Shown here: in pieces, positions 11,054 to 20,793 of the stretch
Layout: each line of letters begins with the position of its first letter
How positions within the stretch are numbered: position 1 is the stretch's first letter
Assembly (NCBI GenBank): GCA_963767925.1
Contig: CAVYGB010000003.1
Span: forward strand, 1-64,000
Direction: 5' to 3'
DNA length: 64,000 nt
From: an uncultured delta proteobacterium
Lineage (GTDB): Bacteria; Myxococcota_A; Polyangia; Fen-1088
Notes under the pieces: generated by a model
Seen by the model: only the letters and a program-made list of their open reading frames with translations
Database searches by the model: none
Told to the model about the DNA's origin: nothing
Made by a program: the position numbers and the translations under genes

Positions 11054-11258
11054 TGCATGTCGCGTGTCACAGTGAGTGACGTAGGTTACATAAAAAAACT
11101 GAGTAAAGTCCAGCCGCACCGGGGCTTCAGGGAAGGGGCTACCAGCGCGCCGTTGCCTGCGGCACAACATCGCCTCTCCGGAGGGCCACAGTCGGAGGTG
11201 GTAGAGCCCGCCCCGGTGTCGGCCGCGCCCTCAATCACTGCTTTTCGAGGTGGCCGCC

Positions 11259-11408
11259 GACTTCCTTTTCGCCAGCGGAGGGCATGCAGCTCCTGGCGGC
11301 AGAGCGAGATACGGAGACGCGCACGCTGCTCCTGTTCGGGCTGCGGACCGGCACGAGCGGGGGAGCAGCTCGCGCTGGAGTGGGAGACATCGACTTCGCC
11401 AACAAGCA
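11259..11408 (+). pseudogene. Tyrosine recombinase (phage integrase) remnant
   Basis: With small frameshifts reads DFL-SPAEGMQLLAAERDTETRTLLLFGLRTG-x-RAGEQLALEW-GDIDFANK, matching the integrase Box I motif (TGxRxGEL.AL.W.DIDF). Confidence 0.7.
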
Positions 11409-11504
11409 ACGGCGGCCCCATTGAAAGCGGAGCTCGCGCACCTGGAAGTCAGCCCACTGAAACTCGAACTCTTCGCCGTCTCCTGACGGCGGCCCCGTTG
11501 AAGC
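11409..11504 (+). CRISPR. Orphan array remnant: 3' half-repeat + 40-nt spacer + degenerate terminal repeat
   Basis: 11409-11428 is ACGGCGGCCCCATTGAAAGC; 11469-11504 is CTCTTCGCCGTCTCCTGACGGCGGCCCCGTTGAAGC (4 mismatches to consensus). Confidence 0.85.
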
Positions 11505-11606
11505 TTCAGCGAGCGCTGAGCTCTAACCCCCAGGGGGCGGCCGACGATGTTGCCGTCGTCGGCCATGGCCGGGCCTTCGACCGTGGCGACGGCCCGACCG
11601 ATGACC

Positions 11607-12473
11607 TCAGGACAGAGCCTGCTTGTGCGCCTCGGCCCAGCGGCGCAGGCGTGTGAGCTGGAGCTCGTGGCGGCGCTCGACGCCGGCGATGTCGGCGTCG
11701 TAGCCCACGCGATCGAACCACTCGAGCATGATGGCGAACTCGGGGCTGTAGGCCCGGACCTGTTCGATGGGCTGGCGCTCGAACTCCACCTTGCGGCCCA
11801 GCACCTCGGTCAAGGTGGCGGCGACCTCCGGCATGGTGAGAGAGTCGCCCGCCAGATCCACCTCCTGGCCGGCGAGCTCGGCGTGGCGGAGGAAGGCCAT
11901 CGCGCCGAGCGCACCGATGTCCTCGACGGCCACCATCTGCAGCTTGGTCGTGGGGGCGAGGGCCACCAGCAGCTTGCCCTGCTTGATGCCCTCGGCAAAG
12001 GCGCCCAACCAGTTCTCCATGAAAAAGACCGGCCGCAAGATGAAATGCGAGGAGAACTTCAGCGCCCGCACGGTCTCTTCGACCCGCCACTTGTTGTCGA
12101 AGTGCGGGATGTCGGTCTTGCGATGGGCGGATCCCACCGAGGTGTAGACGTAGTGCTGAAGCCCGGCTTGGCGGGCGATCTCGGCGAGGCGCTTGCCCTG
12201 CGCCTCTTCCTTCTCGACTCCGGCCTCCCAGGTATTCTGCACGGCGAAGATTCCCCAGGCGCCGGTCACGGCCCGTTCGAGAGAGGCGGCATCGTCCAGA
12301 TCGCCGGTCACGACCTCGGCGCCCCTCGCCGCCAGGGCGCGCGCTGGTTCGGCGTCCGGTTTGCGGGTGACCACCCGGATGCGGGCCCCGGCTTTCAACA
12401 GCCGGTCGGCTACTGCCCCGCCCTGCTTCCCCGTGGCCCCGGTGATGACGATGAGATCGCGCTTGAGGTTCAT
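11607..12473 (-). CDS. NmrA/HSCARG family NAD(P)-binding protein
   Basis: VITGATGKQGGAV Rossmann motif; 'IPHFDNK..VE', 'LRPVFFMEN'. Confidence 0.92.
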   Translation of the reverse strand: MNLKRDLIVITGATGKQGGAVADRLLKAGARIRVVTRKPDAEPARALAARGAEVVTGDLDDAASLERAVTGAWGIFAVQNTWEAGVEKEEAQGKRLAEIARQAGLQHYVYTSVGSAHRKTDIPHFDNKWRVEETVRALKFSSHFILRPVFFMENWLGAFAEGIKQGKLLVALAPTTKLQMVAVEDIGALGAMAFLRHAELAGQEVDLAGDSLTMPEVAATLTEVLGRKVEFERQPIEQVRAYSPEFAIMLEWFDRVGYDADIAGVERRHELQLTRLRRWAEAHKQALS

Positions 12474-12510
12474 GTCGCGACAATCCTGCGGTGGGCCGAC
12501 CTGTTGTCAA
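12474..12510 (-). promoter_or_regulatory. Candidate sigma70 promoter for a (near-)leaderless nmrA-like mRNA
   Basis: Minus strand reads TTGACA-N16-CAGGAT-N9-ATG; no SD sequence. Confidence 0.35.
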
Positions 12511-12799
12511 GGGCGAGGAGTTGCCCGGGGTCATCATTTTGACGACCAACGCTTGCGGGAGGCAGGACGGAGAGCCGGCGGTTCGGGCGCAATCGCGGCG
12601 CACGAAGAGCGGATTTTCGGTCAGAGGAATGGCGCCCGTCCCCACATCACGATGAGCCACAGCAGAAGCTCAGCTCCGCGGTCAAAGGCCCGACGTACGT
12701 CGGAGCGAACAGGTCGGCCGACGCTGGAGCCGGATCCGGGCTCAACGCTGTTGGTTCGGTGATGGCGGCGTCAACCTGCTCGGATGGGAAAGCGGCAGC

Positions 12800-13030
12800 G
12801 TCGTGCCGCCGCGAAGACGGCGTCGATCTCTTTCACGGCCGAGGACAGGTCCTGTCCACGGACCACGACACCGCCGAAGAGGTCAGAGCGCTCGCCAGAA
12901 GGTGCGCGTCCACCGAGCCGATCCCCCCGCCTGGTCAGTCTCCGTCGCCTGACCATGTCGATGACCTCTTCGTCGGCGACCCGTCTCGCGGCGGGGAGTC
13001 GTCCAGCGACGTCGCGTAGCTCCGGGTCGA
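12800..13030 (-). pseudogene. PIN-domain (VapC-like) toxin remnant
   Basis: Frameshifted reading LPAARRVADEEVIDMVRRRRLTRRG / IGSVDAHLLASALTSSAVSWSVDR resembles the VapC motif 'GRGIGWVDAHLLAS...LWT.D'; shift at the G6 run 12923-12928. Confidence 0.55.
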
Positions 13031-13401
13031 AGTTTCGGGCCCTGTCGATCAGGTGTCGGCCCGTTTTCGTGGACAACCGGGGACGCGGTGCGAGGGTGAA
13101 GCGACCGCCGTCGATCCTCGTGCCAGCAATCGAACTCCCAGGAGAACGGCGCATGAGAAAGCTCCCGACAGCGACCCGCTTTGGCGGCGCTGCGCTGGCG
13201 CTTAGCGTGGCGGCAGGTGGCGCCGAGACCGCGTCTGGACGGCCGGCCAGCGGCCGCGGTATAGCTGACGGTCTAACGTGGGCTTCGCTTCGACTTGAGA
13301 CGGTAAAGCGAGCGCTGCGGGGCTTCGGGCCGGGTGGCTTGGTTTCCGGGACTCGGGGAGGGAATCAGAAGAGCACGCGGCTCCATCCTTTCGTGTGATT
13401 C

Positions 13402-14058
13402 ATGAAACATCCCAATCGCGTTTCGGGCGTCTGGTTGTTCTCGCTCGTGATCGGATGTGGGTTCTCGGAGGAGGGACTCCGGGTGGAGATCTCCCCCCCG
13501 CCGACCAGCGGCGCGCCGCCAGCCGCTTTGCCTTCGCCCACCGGTGGTCCCGCGATGAGGCCGCCACCGGCGGCTCCGGCCATCGCGGACGCGTCCCCTC
13601 CGGTCGACGCGCCGGCCCCGCCGAGCGACACCGGAGCGGCCGCGGCCAGTCCGCCGGACGCGGGCGTCGACGCGGGGGCAGACGCCAGCGCCGGCCCGAA
13701 CCAGGTGCCGCCAGCGCCGGCGCTCACCCTCGACAAGCGCGTCTACAGCTCCGCAGAGGACATCGTCGTGGCCTTCTTCGACGGGCCGGGCAACTCAGCG
13801 GACTGGATCGGAATTTACGAGGAGTCGTCGCCCCCGCCCAGCGATGACAGCCGATCGCTCCTCTGGTACTACACCGACAACCAGGGATGGGCCACCCGGG
13901 GCCCGGGCGGTGTTGGTCCCCGGAATGGCGCCGTGACCTTCGGCACCGGCTCGATGGGCTCGCGCCAATGGCCCCTGCCGACCGGTCGTTACAAGGCGAT
14001 GTTTCTCACCGAGCCGCACATCCAGCTCGCGCCACCGTCGTATTTCCAGGTCCGCTGA
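13402..14058 (+). CDS. Hypothetical lipoprotein, Pro/Ala-rich linker plus small beta-sandwich domain
   Basis: Signal with VIGC lipobox; C-terminal 'GPGNSADWIGIY' Ig-like segment. Confidence 0.7.
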   Translation: MKHPNRVSGVWLFSLVIGCGFSEEGLRVEISPPPTSGAPPAALPSPTGGPAMRPPPAAPAIADASPPVDAPAPPSDTGAAAASPPDAGVDAGADASAGPNQVPPAPALTLDKRVYSSAEDIVVAFFDGPGNSADWIGIYEESSPPPSDDSRSLLWYYTDNQGWATRGPGGVGPRNGAVTFGTGSMGSRQWPLPTGRYKAMFLTEPHIQLAPPSYFQVR

Positions 14059-14168
14059 CCCCCGATCGCTGGGCGCCGGGCTGGGGTGCGGCCTGGTCGG
14101 ACATGTGGACCTGGTCGGAGCGAGGCAACCCTGTGGCGGGGTCGATCGGTGGCCGTCATCATGTAGAG

Positions 14169-14675
14169 ATGACTTCGTCGCGCTCTGTGGTCCGGCTGGT
14201 CGCGCTGCTGACGGCGGCGCAACTGTCCGGCTGCGGTCTGATCGGTTTCGACATCGAGCAGAAGATCCCCGAGCAAGAGGTGCCGGGCAGCCTGCTGGGC
14301 GGCGTCTTGCCCTTGAGCTTCGCCTTTCCGCTGAGCATCGACATCGAGTCCCAGACCCAGGCCCGCGACACCGGCCCCGCCCGCTCCGCAGAGCTCAGAT
14401 CGCTGGAGCTGGCCGTCACCGGTCCGGACGGCGCCACCTTCGAGTTCGTGGACTCGATCGAGATCCGCGTCTCGGCCGAGGGTCTCGAGAGCAAGGTCGT
14501 GGCCCGCCTGACCGACGTCCCCGCCCAGGCCCGCATCTCCTTGACCGTCGTCCCCGACGTGGACCTCCTCCCCTACATCCGCAAAGGCGCCACCCTCAGC
14601 GCCTCCGCCACCGGCACTGCCCCCCGCCAGACCACCCGCTTCGACGGCAAGGTCGTCATCCACATCCGCGTCTGA
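14169..14675 (+). CDS. Hypothetical lipoprotein
   Basis: MTSSRSVVRLVALLTAAQLSGC lipobox; strong GC3 codon bias. Confidence 0.75.
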   Translation: MTSSRSVVRLVALLTAAQLSGCGLIGFDIEQKIPEQEVPGSLLGGVLPLSFAFPLSIDIESQTQARDTGPARSAELRSLELAVTGPDGATFEFVDSIEIRVSAEGLESKVVARLTDVPAQARISLTVVPDVDLLPYIRKGATLSASATGTAPRQTTRFDGKVVIHIRV

Positions 14676-14742
14676 TCCCGCCCGGCACGACGGCATTCGA
14701 AAGGAGTGTTCGCCCGGGTCGGCGGCAGCCCCTCGGCGCCCC

Positions 14743-16290
14743 TCAGCGCGAATCGGGGAGGAACAGCCCGGCCCCTGGACCGAGCGGCAGGCCGATCAGG
14801 ATCCAGGCGACCAGCAGGACCGTCCAGACGATCAGGAAGACGACGGTGTAGGGGAGCATCGTCGAGACCAGCGTCCCGATCCCCGCCTTCGGATCGTACC
14901 GCTGCAGAAAAGCGATGATGAGGGCAAAGTACGACATCATCGGGGAGATGATGTTGGTGGTGCTGTCTCCGACCCGGTAGGCGGCCTGGGTGAGCTCGGG
15001 CGTCACCCCCAGCAGCATGAACATCGGGACGAAGACCGGGGCCATGATGGCCCACTTGGCCGAGGCGCTGCCCATGAACAGGTTCATGATGGCGGTGAGC
15101 AGCACGAAGGCCACCATGAGCGGCAGGGTCCCGAGCGCCAGCCCACGGAGCAGCTCCGCGCCCTCGACCGCCAGGATGAGGCCCAGGTTGGTCCAGTTGA
15201 AGGCGGCCACGAACTGCCCGGCGAAGAAGACCAGCACCAGATAGCTGCTCAGCGTCCCCATCGCCTTGCTCATCCCCTGGATCACGTCCGCATCGTTGCG
15301 CACCGTGCGTGCGCCGATGCCGTAGGCGGTCCCCACCACCAGACCGAGCAGGAAGATGAGGGCCACGATCCCGGACATGAAGGGGGAGCGGAGCAGCTCG
15401 CCGGTCTTCGCGTCTCGGAGGAAGCCGCCGGCGGGGACGGTCCCCCACAGCAGGATGGCGGTACCCAGCAGCGCGGCCGCGGCCGCGAACAGCAGCCCCC
15501 GCTTCTCGGCAGCGCTGAGCGTCTCGACCGCCCTGGGCGCCTCCGCGCCGCCGGTGTAGGTGCCCAGTCGGGGGATCACCACGGCCTCGGTGACCCAGGT
15601 CCCGGCGAGACTGATGACCAAGGTCGAGACGGCCATGAAGTAGTAGTTGCAGGCCGGGCTGACGGCGTAAGCCGGATCCACGATGCGTGCGGCCTCCTGG
15701 GTCAGGCCGGCGAGCAGCGGGTCGACCGTGCCGAGCAGCAAGTTGGCGCTGTAGCCGCCCGACACGCCCGCAAAGGCCGCCGCCATGCCCGCCACCGGGT
15801 GGCGGCCGACCACCTGGAATACGATCGCCGCCAGCGGCACCAGCAGCACGTACCCCGCCTCGCTGGCCACGTTGGACAGCACGCCCGCGACCACCAGCGC
15901 GAACGTCAACAGGCGGCGCGGGGCCGAGAGCACCAGCAGCCGCAAAGCGGCGCCGATCAGCCCCGTACCCTCGGCGACGCCGATGCCCAGCATGGCCACC
16001 AGCACCGTGCCGAGCGGCGCGAACCCGGTGAAGTTCGACACGATGTGGGTGAGCAGCCAGTGCAGCCCGGCCAGCGTGAGCAGGCTGCGCGGCTCGACCG
16101 TCTCCCCGGTTCCGGGGTGACGTACCTGAAGCCCGGCCGTAGCGGCCACCGCCGAGACCAGGACCACCACCAGCGTCATGATGGCGAACAGCGTCGCCGG
16201 GTGCGGCAGGGCGTTGCCCCCCCGCTCCACCAGCCCCAGCAGCCGCTCGAGCACCCGCCTGTCCCGCCTTGGCGTCGCCTCTGGGTTCAT
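14743..16290 (-). CDS. abgT: AbgT family (p-aminobenzoyl-glutamate) transporter
   Basis: [48 protein letters not shown] motifs. Confidence 0.95.
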   Translation of the reverse strand: MNPEATPRRDRRVLERLLGLVERGGNALPHPATLFAIMTLVVVLVSAVAATAGLQVRHPGTGETVEPRSLLTLAGLHWLLTHIVSNFTGFAPLGTVLVAMLGIGVAEGTGLIGAALRLLVLSAPRRLLTFALVVAGVLSNVASEAGYVLLVPLAAIVFQVVGRHPVAGMAAAFAGVSGGYSANLLLGTVDPLLAGLTQEAARIVDPAYAVSPACNYYFMAVSTLVISLAGTWVTEAVVIPRLGTYTGGAEAPRAVETLSAAEKRGLLFAAAAALLGTAILLWGTVPAGGFLRDAKTGELLRSPFMSGIVALIFLLGLVVGTAYGIGARTVRNDADVIQGMSKAMGTLSSYLVLVFFAGQFVAAFNWTNLGLILAVEGAELLRGLALGTLPLMVAFVLLTAIMNLFMGSASAKWAIMAPVFVPMFMLLGVTPELTQAAYRVGDSTTNIISPMMSYFALIIAFLQRYDPKAGIGTLVSTMLPYTVVFLIVWTVLLVAWILIGLPLGPGAGLFLPDSR

Positions 16291-16490
16291 GCCCCGAGAT
16301 ATTCCACCGTGCGGAGAGTCCCGGTCCAGCCGTGTCTCTGGCCAACGCCCGATTGCCGGCTGACAACGCCCTCGACCTGCGCGGCAGAGCCGGGGGCTCC
16401 CGAGGAGGAAGTGTCCCCCGAAACGGCGACAGCCGCCCCCCGGTCGGTCCGGGTGGGGCGGCTGTCAGGGGGACGCGAAAGCGAGCGCGG

Positions 16491-18335
16491 TCAGGGCGCG
16501 CGGGTGCGGAAGTGCTCGGAGCGGGACATACGGATGTAAAAGTCGACCAGGCTCATCCCGCCGCGCAGCTCCTGGGCGGCGGTCCGGACCAGGCAGGAGG
16601 CGTTCGACTGGCTGACCCCGAAGGCGTAGGCGGCCATGAAGGAGGCCATGCAGTCCGAGACCTCGGGCAGGCGGGCCACGGCGTTGGCCAGCTCGGTCGG
16701 GCCCCGGAAGGGGATGTCGCCTGCGCTGGTCTCGGTCAGCACGCCGCTGTCGTCGATCGGGAAGCGCCCCTCGAGCTCCCGGTAGCGCCCGGTGGCGTCG
16801 AGGTGCTCGAAGGCGAAGCCGATCGGGTCGAACATCTTGTGGCAGGCCTTGCAGCTCACGTCGGCGAGGTGGATGTCCTCGTAGCGCTGGCGGGTGGTCT
16901 CGGCCCCGCTCGGCGCGGGCAGGTCACCCACCACGGGCGGGGGCGGCGGCACGATGCCGCACATCACGCGCGTGCGGACGAAGTAGCCGCGCTTGGTGGG
17001 CGAGGTGGACACGTTGTGCGACTCGACCGCCAGCAGGCTGCCCTGGGCCAGCAGGCCGACGCCCATGTTGCCCGGGCGGGGCAGACGGGCGTAGTCGGCC
17101 GAGGCGCCGGGCAGGCCGTAGTAGCGGGCCAGCCGGTCGTTCATGAACGTGTAGGGGGCCGTCAGCAGGCTGGCCGGCGTCCCCTTCTCGTCGAAGATCA
17201 CGCTCGACAGGAAGCGCCGGGTCTCCTCGGTGAGGGCCTCCTGGATCTCCGGGGTGAAGTCCGGGTAGGTGGCCTTGTCCTTCTGCAAGTTCGACAGCGA
17301 GGACAGGCCCATCCAGTCGTCGGCGAACTTCAGCATCACCTGCCGGAAGGCCGGCTGGATCTGCCCGCCGGCGTCGAAGACCAGGGCGCGCGCGGCCGCC
17401 TCGATCTGCTCGGGCGTCGACAGGCGGTTGCCCGCGGCCGCCATCATGAGGGTGGCGTCGGGCGGACCGCCGGTGAAGGTGTACGACAGGGCGCTCGCCA
17501 CCTCGTAGGGGGTCAGGCGAAAGCGCCCGCCCTCGGCCTTGCCGAGCTCGCTCCGGTACACCACGTGCGGCGACTGCAGCATCGTGAGGGTGGCCCAGTG
17601 GACGAAGATCTTGAAGTCGATCCGGCCCACGGTCGACAGCAGGCCGACGTAGCGGGTGATCTCCGCCTGGGTCAGGGGCCGCCGGAACAGCTTGGGCCCG
17701 TAGGTGGTGACGAACTGCTGCGCGCAGGGCTGCATGGTCAGCGCCTGACCGGCGCCGGTGCCGCAGGGGAGCAGCCGGGACAGGTGGGGCTGGTTGGCCA
17801 CCAGCTTCGCCACCGCCACCGCGGTCTCCATGCTGCCGCGGGCGAACTCCGGCCCTACCGAGAGCCGGTCGACGTTGTTGGTGAAGCCCTCGAGCGACGC
17901 CGGGTCGGGCGGCAGGGTCACGCCCTTCCAGTCGGCCGGGGTCAGGCCGAAGGCGGCCCGCACGGTGGCCTCGTATTCGGGTGCGGTCAGCCGGCGCAGG
18001 ACCCGGCGACCGGTGACCTCCGCCATGCCGGTGTCGGGGCAGGAGAGCTGCCCGGAGGGCGCGCCGACCGGAGGGCCAGAGCCCGGGACGCCCGGGTCGA
18101 CGACCCCCGGCTGTCCAGGAACGCCCGGCTGCGCGGGGCCGGCGCCCGGCTGTCCGGGGGTGCCGGGCGTGCCGGGACCGCTCCCCGGCGGCGGGGTGAC
18201 GCCCGGCGGGTACACGCCCCCGGGGCCGGGGCCGTTGCCCGGGCCGGCGGGGTCGTTCGGGATGGCGACGCCGGTGCAGGCGCCACCGACCAGCAGGAGG
18301 GCCAGGCTCAGGCCGGCGGTGCGCTTGAAAGTCAT
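16491..18335 (-). CDS. DUF1592/DUF1588/DUF1595-domain lipoprotein
   Basis: LRRLT..EY, TSPTKRG.FVR..VMC...PPPP, C.ACH..FDPIGFAFEH.DATGR motifs; paired with a DUF1552 gene. Confidence 0.88.
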   Translation of the reverse strand: MTFKRTAGLSLALLLVGGACTGVAIPNDPAGPGNGPGPGGVYPPGVTPPPGSGPGTPGTPGQPGAGPAQPGVPGQPGVVDPGVPGSGPPVGAPSGQLSCPDTGMAEVTGRRVLRRLTAPEYEATVRAAFGLTPADWKGVTLPPDPASLEGFTNNVDRLSVGPEFARGSMETAVAVAKLVANQPHLSRLLPCGTGAGQALTMQPCAQQFVTTYGPKLFRRPLTQAEITRYVGLLSTVGRIDFKIFVHWATLTMLQSPHVVYRSELGKAEGGRFRLTPYEVASALSYTFTGGPPDATLMMAAAGNRLSTPEQIEAAARALVFDAGGQIQPAFRQVMLKFADDWMGLSSLSNLQKDKATYPDFTPEIQEALTEETRRFLSSVIFDEKGTPASLLTAPYTFMNDRLARYYGLPGASADYARLPRPGNMGVGLLAQGSLLAVESHNVSTSPTKRGYFVRTRVMCGIVPPPPPVVGDLPAPSGAETTRQRYEDIHLADVSCKACHKMFDPIGFAFEHLDATGRYRELEGRFPIDDSGVLTETSAGDIPFRGPTELANAVARLPEVSDCMASFMAAYAFGVSQSNASCLVRTAAQELRGGMSLVDFYIRMSRSEHFRTRAP

Positions 18336-18358
18336 GGTTTCCGTTTTCACGTTCGCGC

Positions 18359-19657
18359 TCACGCTCGCACCTCCGAGACCAGGGTGGAGCCGAAGTGGCC
18401 GGGCCCCACGCCGAAGGCGTCGAGCACCGTGGCCATGATGTTCTTGTTGGTGATGCCGGCGCCGTTGACCAGGCCCGGCCGGAACTTGCCGGCCCCGCCG
18501 CCCAGCAGCAGCGCGGGCACGCCGGCGCTGCCGTGACCGACCGGCAGGCACTCGGCGATCACGACGATGACCGTGTTCTGCAAGACGGTGCGGCCGCCCG
18601 GATCGAGCGGGTCGGGCACGTCGAGCGCCTGGGCGAACCGGGCCAGCTTGGTGAAGTACCAGTTCTGCAGGCGGTTGTAGATGCTCTGGTCACCGTGCGA
18701 GGTGATGTGGTGCGGATACCCGGTGCCGACCGGGACGATGACGTTGTTGTCGGCGCTGCCCGCTTGCAGCGTCGCCACCCGGGTCATCCCGCTGACCAGC
18801 GCCCGCGCCATGATGTCGACCTGGGCGTCGAACATGTCGCTGAAATAGGCGTGTTTGTAGGCGTCCTTGGGGTTGCCCTCGAGCACCGGGCGCAGCTTCT
18901 CGACCGAGGCGAGGGCCCCGCCCGCCGACATGACCGGCGCCGGCTTGCCCCGCAGCTCCTGCCAGGACTCCTTGTGCTGGACCAGCTTGGCCGCCTCGCT
19001 GGGGGCGCTGGCGCCGACCTGGGTGGTCAGCTCGGCCAGCTCCGCCTCGAGGACGGCGAGGGCGTCGCGGGTGAAGTCGAAGGAGGTCGGGGTGGGCCCG
19101 TTCGAGGGCAACGTCCCGCCGAACAGCCGGTCGAACGCGGTGACCGGGTTGGCCTCGTAGTCCACCGGCTTGGGGGCGAAGAACAGCGTCGTGCGGCCCA
19201 CCCGCTGGTAGTAGTTGATCGAGTCGGCCGGGATGACCCCCAGGTGCAGCGACTTGAGCGGCATCGGCGAGGTCGACGCGATCTGGTCGGCGAGGAGCTG
19301 GTCCACCGACTTGACGGTGGGATCGGGCGACTCGTAGGTGGCGATGGGGAAGCCCGAGTAGGTGCTCCGGACCGCGTAGTGGTTGCTCGAGCCAGAGATG
19401 TTCACCCCCTTGATGAAGGTGATCTGGTTGGCCCACTTGCGCAGCGGCTCGGTGATCAGGCTGAGCTGGGTGGCGTTGCCCGCCGGATAAAACGCGCCGG
19501 CGTCGGCCCCGTTCATCATCGGCCAGCAGACCAGGCGGGCGGGCGAGCCGGCGCGGGGCTGCGCCAGGGCGGCGCGGCCCACGAACGGGGTCGCCGCCAT
19601 GGCGAGACCGGCGTTGCGCAGCAGCTGCCGGCGGGTTGGGTGCGGTCGCTCCTTCAT
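18359..19657 (-). CDS. DUF1552 domain protein (Tat signal)
   Basis: TRRQLLR Tat motif; SVDQLLA, 'TRVATLQ', 'PHHITSH', 'TVLQNTVIV' motifs; upstream of the DUF1592 gene. Confidence 0.85.
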   Translation of the reverse strand: MKERPHPTRRQLLRNAGLAMAATPFVGRAALAQPRAGSPARLVCWPMMNGADAGAFYPAGNATQLSLITEPLRKWANQITFIKGVNISGSSNHYAVRSTYSGFPIATYESPDPTVKSVDQLLADQIASTSPMPLKSLHLGVIPADSINYYQRVGRTTLFFAPKPVDYEANPVTAFDRLFGGTLPSNGPTPTSFDFTRDALAVLEAELAELTTQVGASAPSEAAKLVQHKESWQELRGKPAPVMSAGGALASVEKLRPVLEGNPKDAYKHAYFSDMFDAQVDIMARALVSGMTRVATLQAGSADNNVIVPVGTGYPHHITSHGDQSIYNRLQNWYFTKLARFAQALDVPDPLDPGGRTVLQNTVIVVIAECLPVGHGSAGVPALLLGGGAGKFRPGLVNGAGITNKNIMATVLDAFGVGPGHFGSTLVSEVRA

Positions 19658-19833
19658 CGGATGCCTCCAGAGACTTCGAGAAAATGGGCCAGAGAACCCA
19701 CGACGCCTTCCCCCCGGGAAACCCCACGACGCCAGCGGCGCATGAAGGGAACTCCACGCGGCCGACCCACGCGATATACACTGTGCCGCCGCCCAGACGG
19801 CGCGTCGATGGGAAACCAGGGAAGGGCTTTTGG

Positions 19834-20775
19834 ATGAGCAGAAATGAACAGATAGGCCGCGAGCTGCGCGTCATCGGTGCCGTCGCTGCTGGCCTGCTGT
19901 GCATGGCTTCCGGGCGCCCCGCCGGCGCGGCCCCGACCGTCGCGCCACCGGTGGTGATCGAGGCGAGCGCGGGCGAGCTGGCGGCGCTGCGGGCCCTCGG
20001 TCCCGACGTCCGGCTGTTCACCGCCCGCGGGCGTCCCCTGCGCAGCCTGAGCGAGCTGCGCGAGCCGGGGGTGGAGGTGGGCAGCGCCGACCTCGAGCTG
20101 GCCCGCGGGGTGATGGCCCTGCTGCGCGCGGGCGGGGTGAAGTTCGCCGGCGGCGCCTTCGACGTCATGACCCTGACCGGCGACAACCAGCTCGCCTCGC
20201 TGTTCACCCGCCGCAAGGCCCTGCGCCTGTTCCTGCTGCGCGCCCGCCCGGGCGGCGCCGAGGGCGCCATCGTCGAGCGCGGCGGCGGCGTGCCGCTCGC
20301 CCTCCGGGCCGCGGGTCAGATCGGGGGCGCCCCGGCGGCGGCGCCCGCCCCGGCGGCGGCCCCGGCCAGCACCCGCAGCGGCGTGATGACCGGCTTTGGT
20401 TCCCTGCGGCGGGTGGCCCGGGGGACGACCGCCCGCCACCGCACCTGGGTGCGCACCAGCGCCGAGATCGAGGAGAAGCGGGCCCGTCCCGGGCGGGCCT
20501 TCGTCGTCGTGCACGTCGAGCGCGACTTCTCGCTGGGCCTCGGCAAGGTCGCCTACCTGTTCGGCAGCGGCATCGTCGTCGACCCCGACTTCAGCCAGCT
20601 CGTTGTGCTCGACGGCGCCCGCCGCCACACTCCCGCCGCCGTGTTCGCCGACGGCCCCACCCTCGAGCTGGCCTACGACGTTCCCGCCGGGGCGAAGAAC
20701 CTGCGCCTGGAGGACGGCGACCTGAGCTGGCCCCTCGACGAGCGGATGGCCGCCGCCACCCCGATCGGCCCCTGA
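19834..20775 (+). CDS. Hypothetical exported protein
   Basis: Signal-like N-terminus and strong codon bias; no recognisable domain. Confidence 0.6.
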   Translation: MSRNEQIGRELRVIGAVAAGLLCMASGRPAGAAPTVAPPVVIEASAGELAALRALGPDVRLFTARGRPLRSLSELREPGVEVGSADLELARGVMALLRAGGVKFAGGAFDVMTLTGDNQLASLFTRRKALRLFLLRARPGGAEGAIVERGGGVPLALRAAGQIGGAPAAAPAPAAAPASTRSGVMTGFGSLRRVARGTTARHRTWVRTSAEIEEKRARPGRAFVVVHVERDFSLGLGKVAYLFGSGIVVDPDFSQLVVLDGARRHTPAAVFADGPTLELAYDVPAGAKNLRLEDGDLSWPLDERMAAATPIGP

Positions 20776-20793
20776 CGAGCGAGGCCCGGCGCC

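Noticed and set aside
11121..11150. GCTTCAGGGAAGGGGC as an anti-repeat/tracrRNA-like sequence
   Set aside because: Similarity to the reverse-complement repeat is too short, and type I systems do not use tracrRNA.
16269..18536. Long antisense or alternate-frame ORFs (also 40199-43486, 39894-42896, 57351-59642, 59765-62152 and others)
   Set aside because: Shadow ORFs of high-GC genes; Arg/Gly/Pro-rich with no motifs, overlapping well-supported genes.
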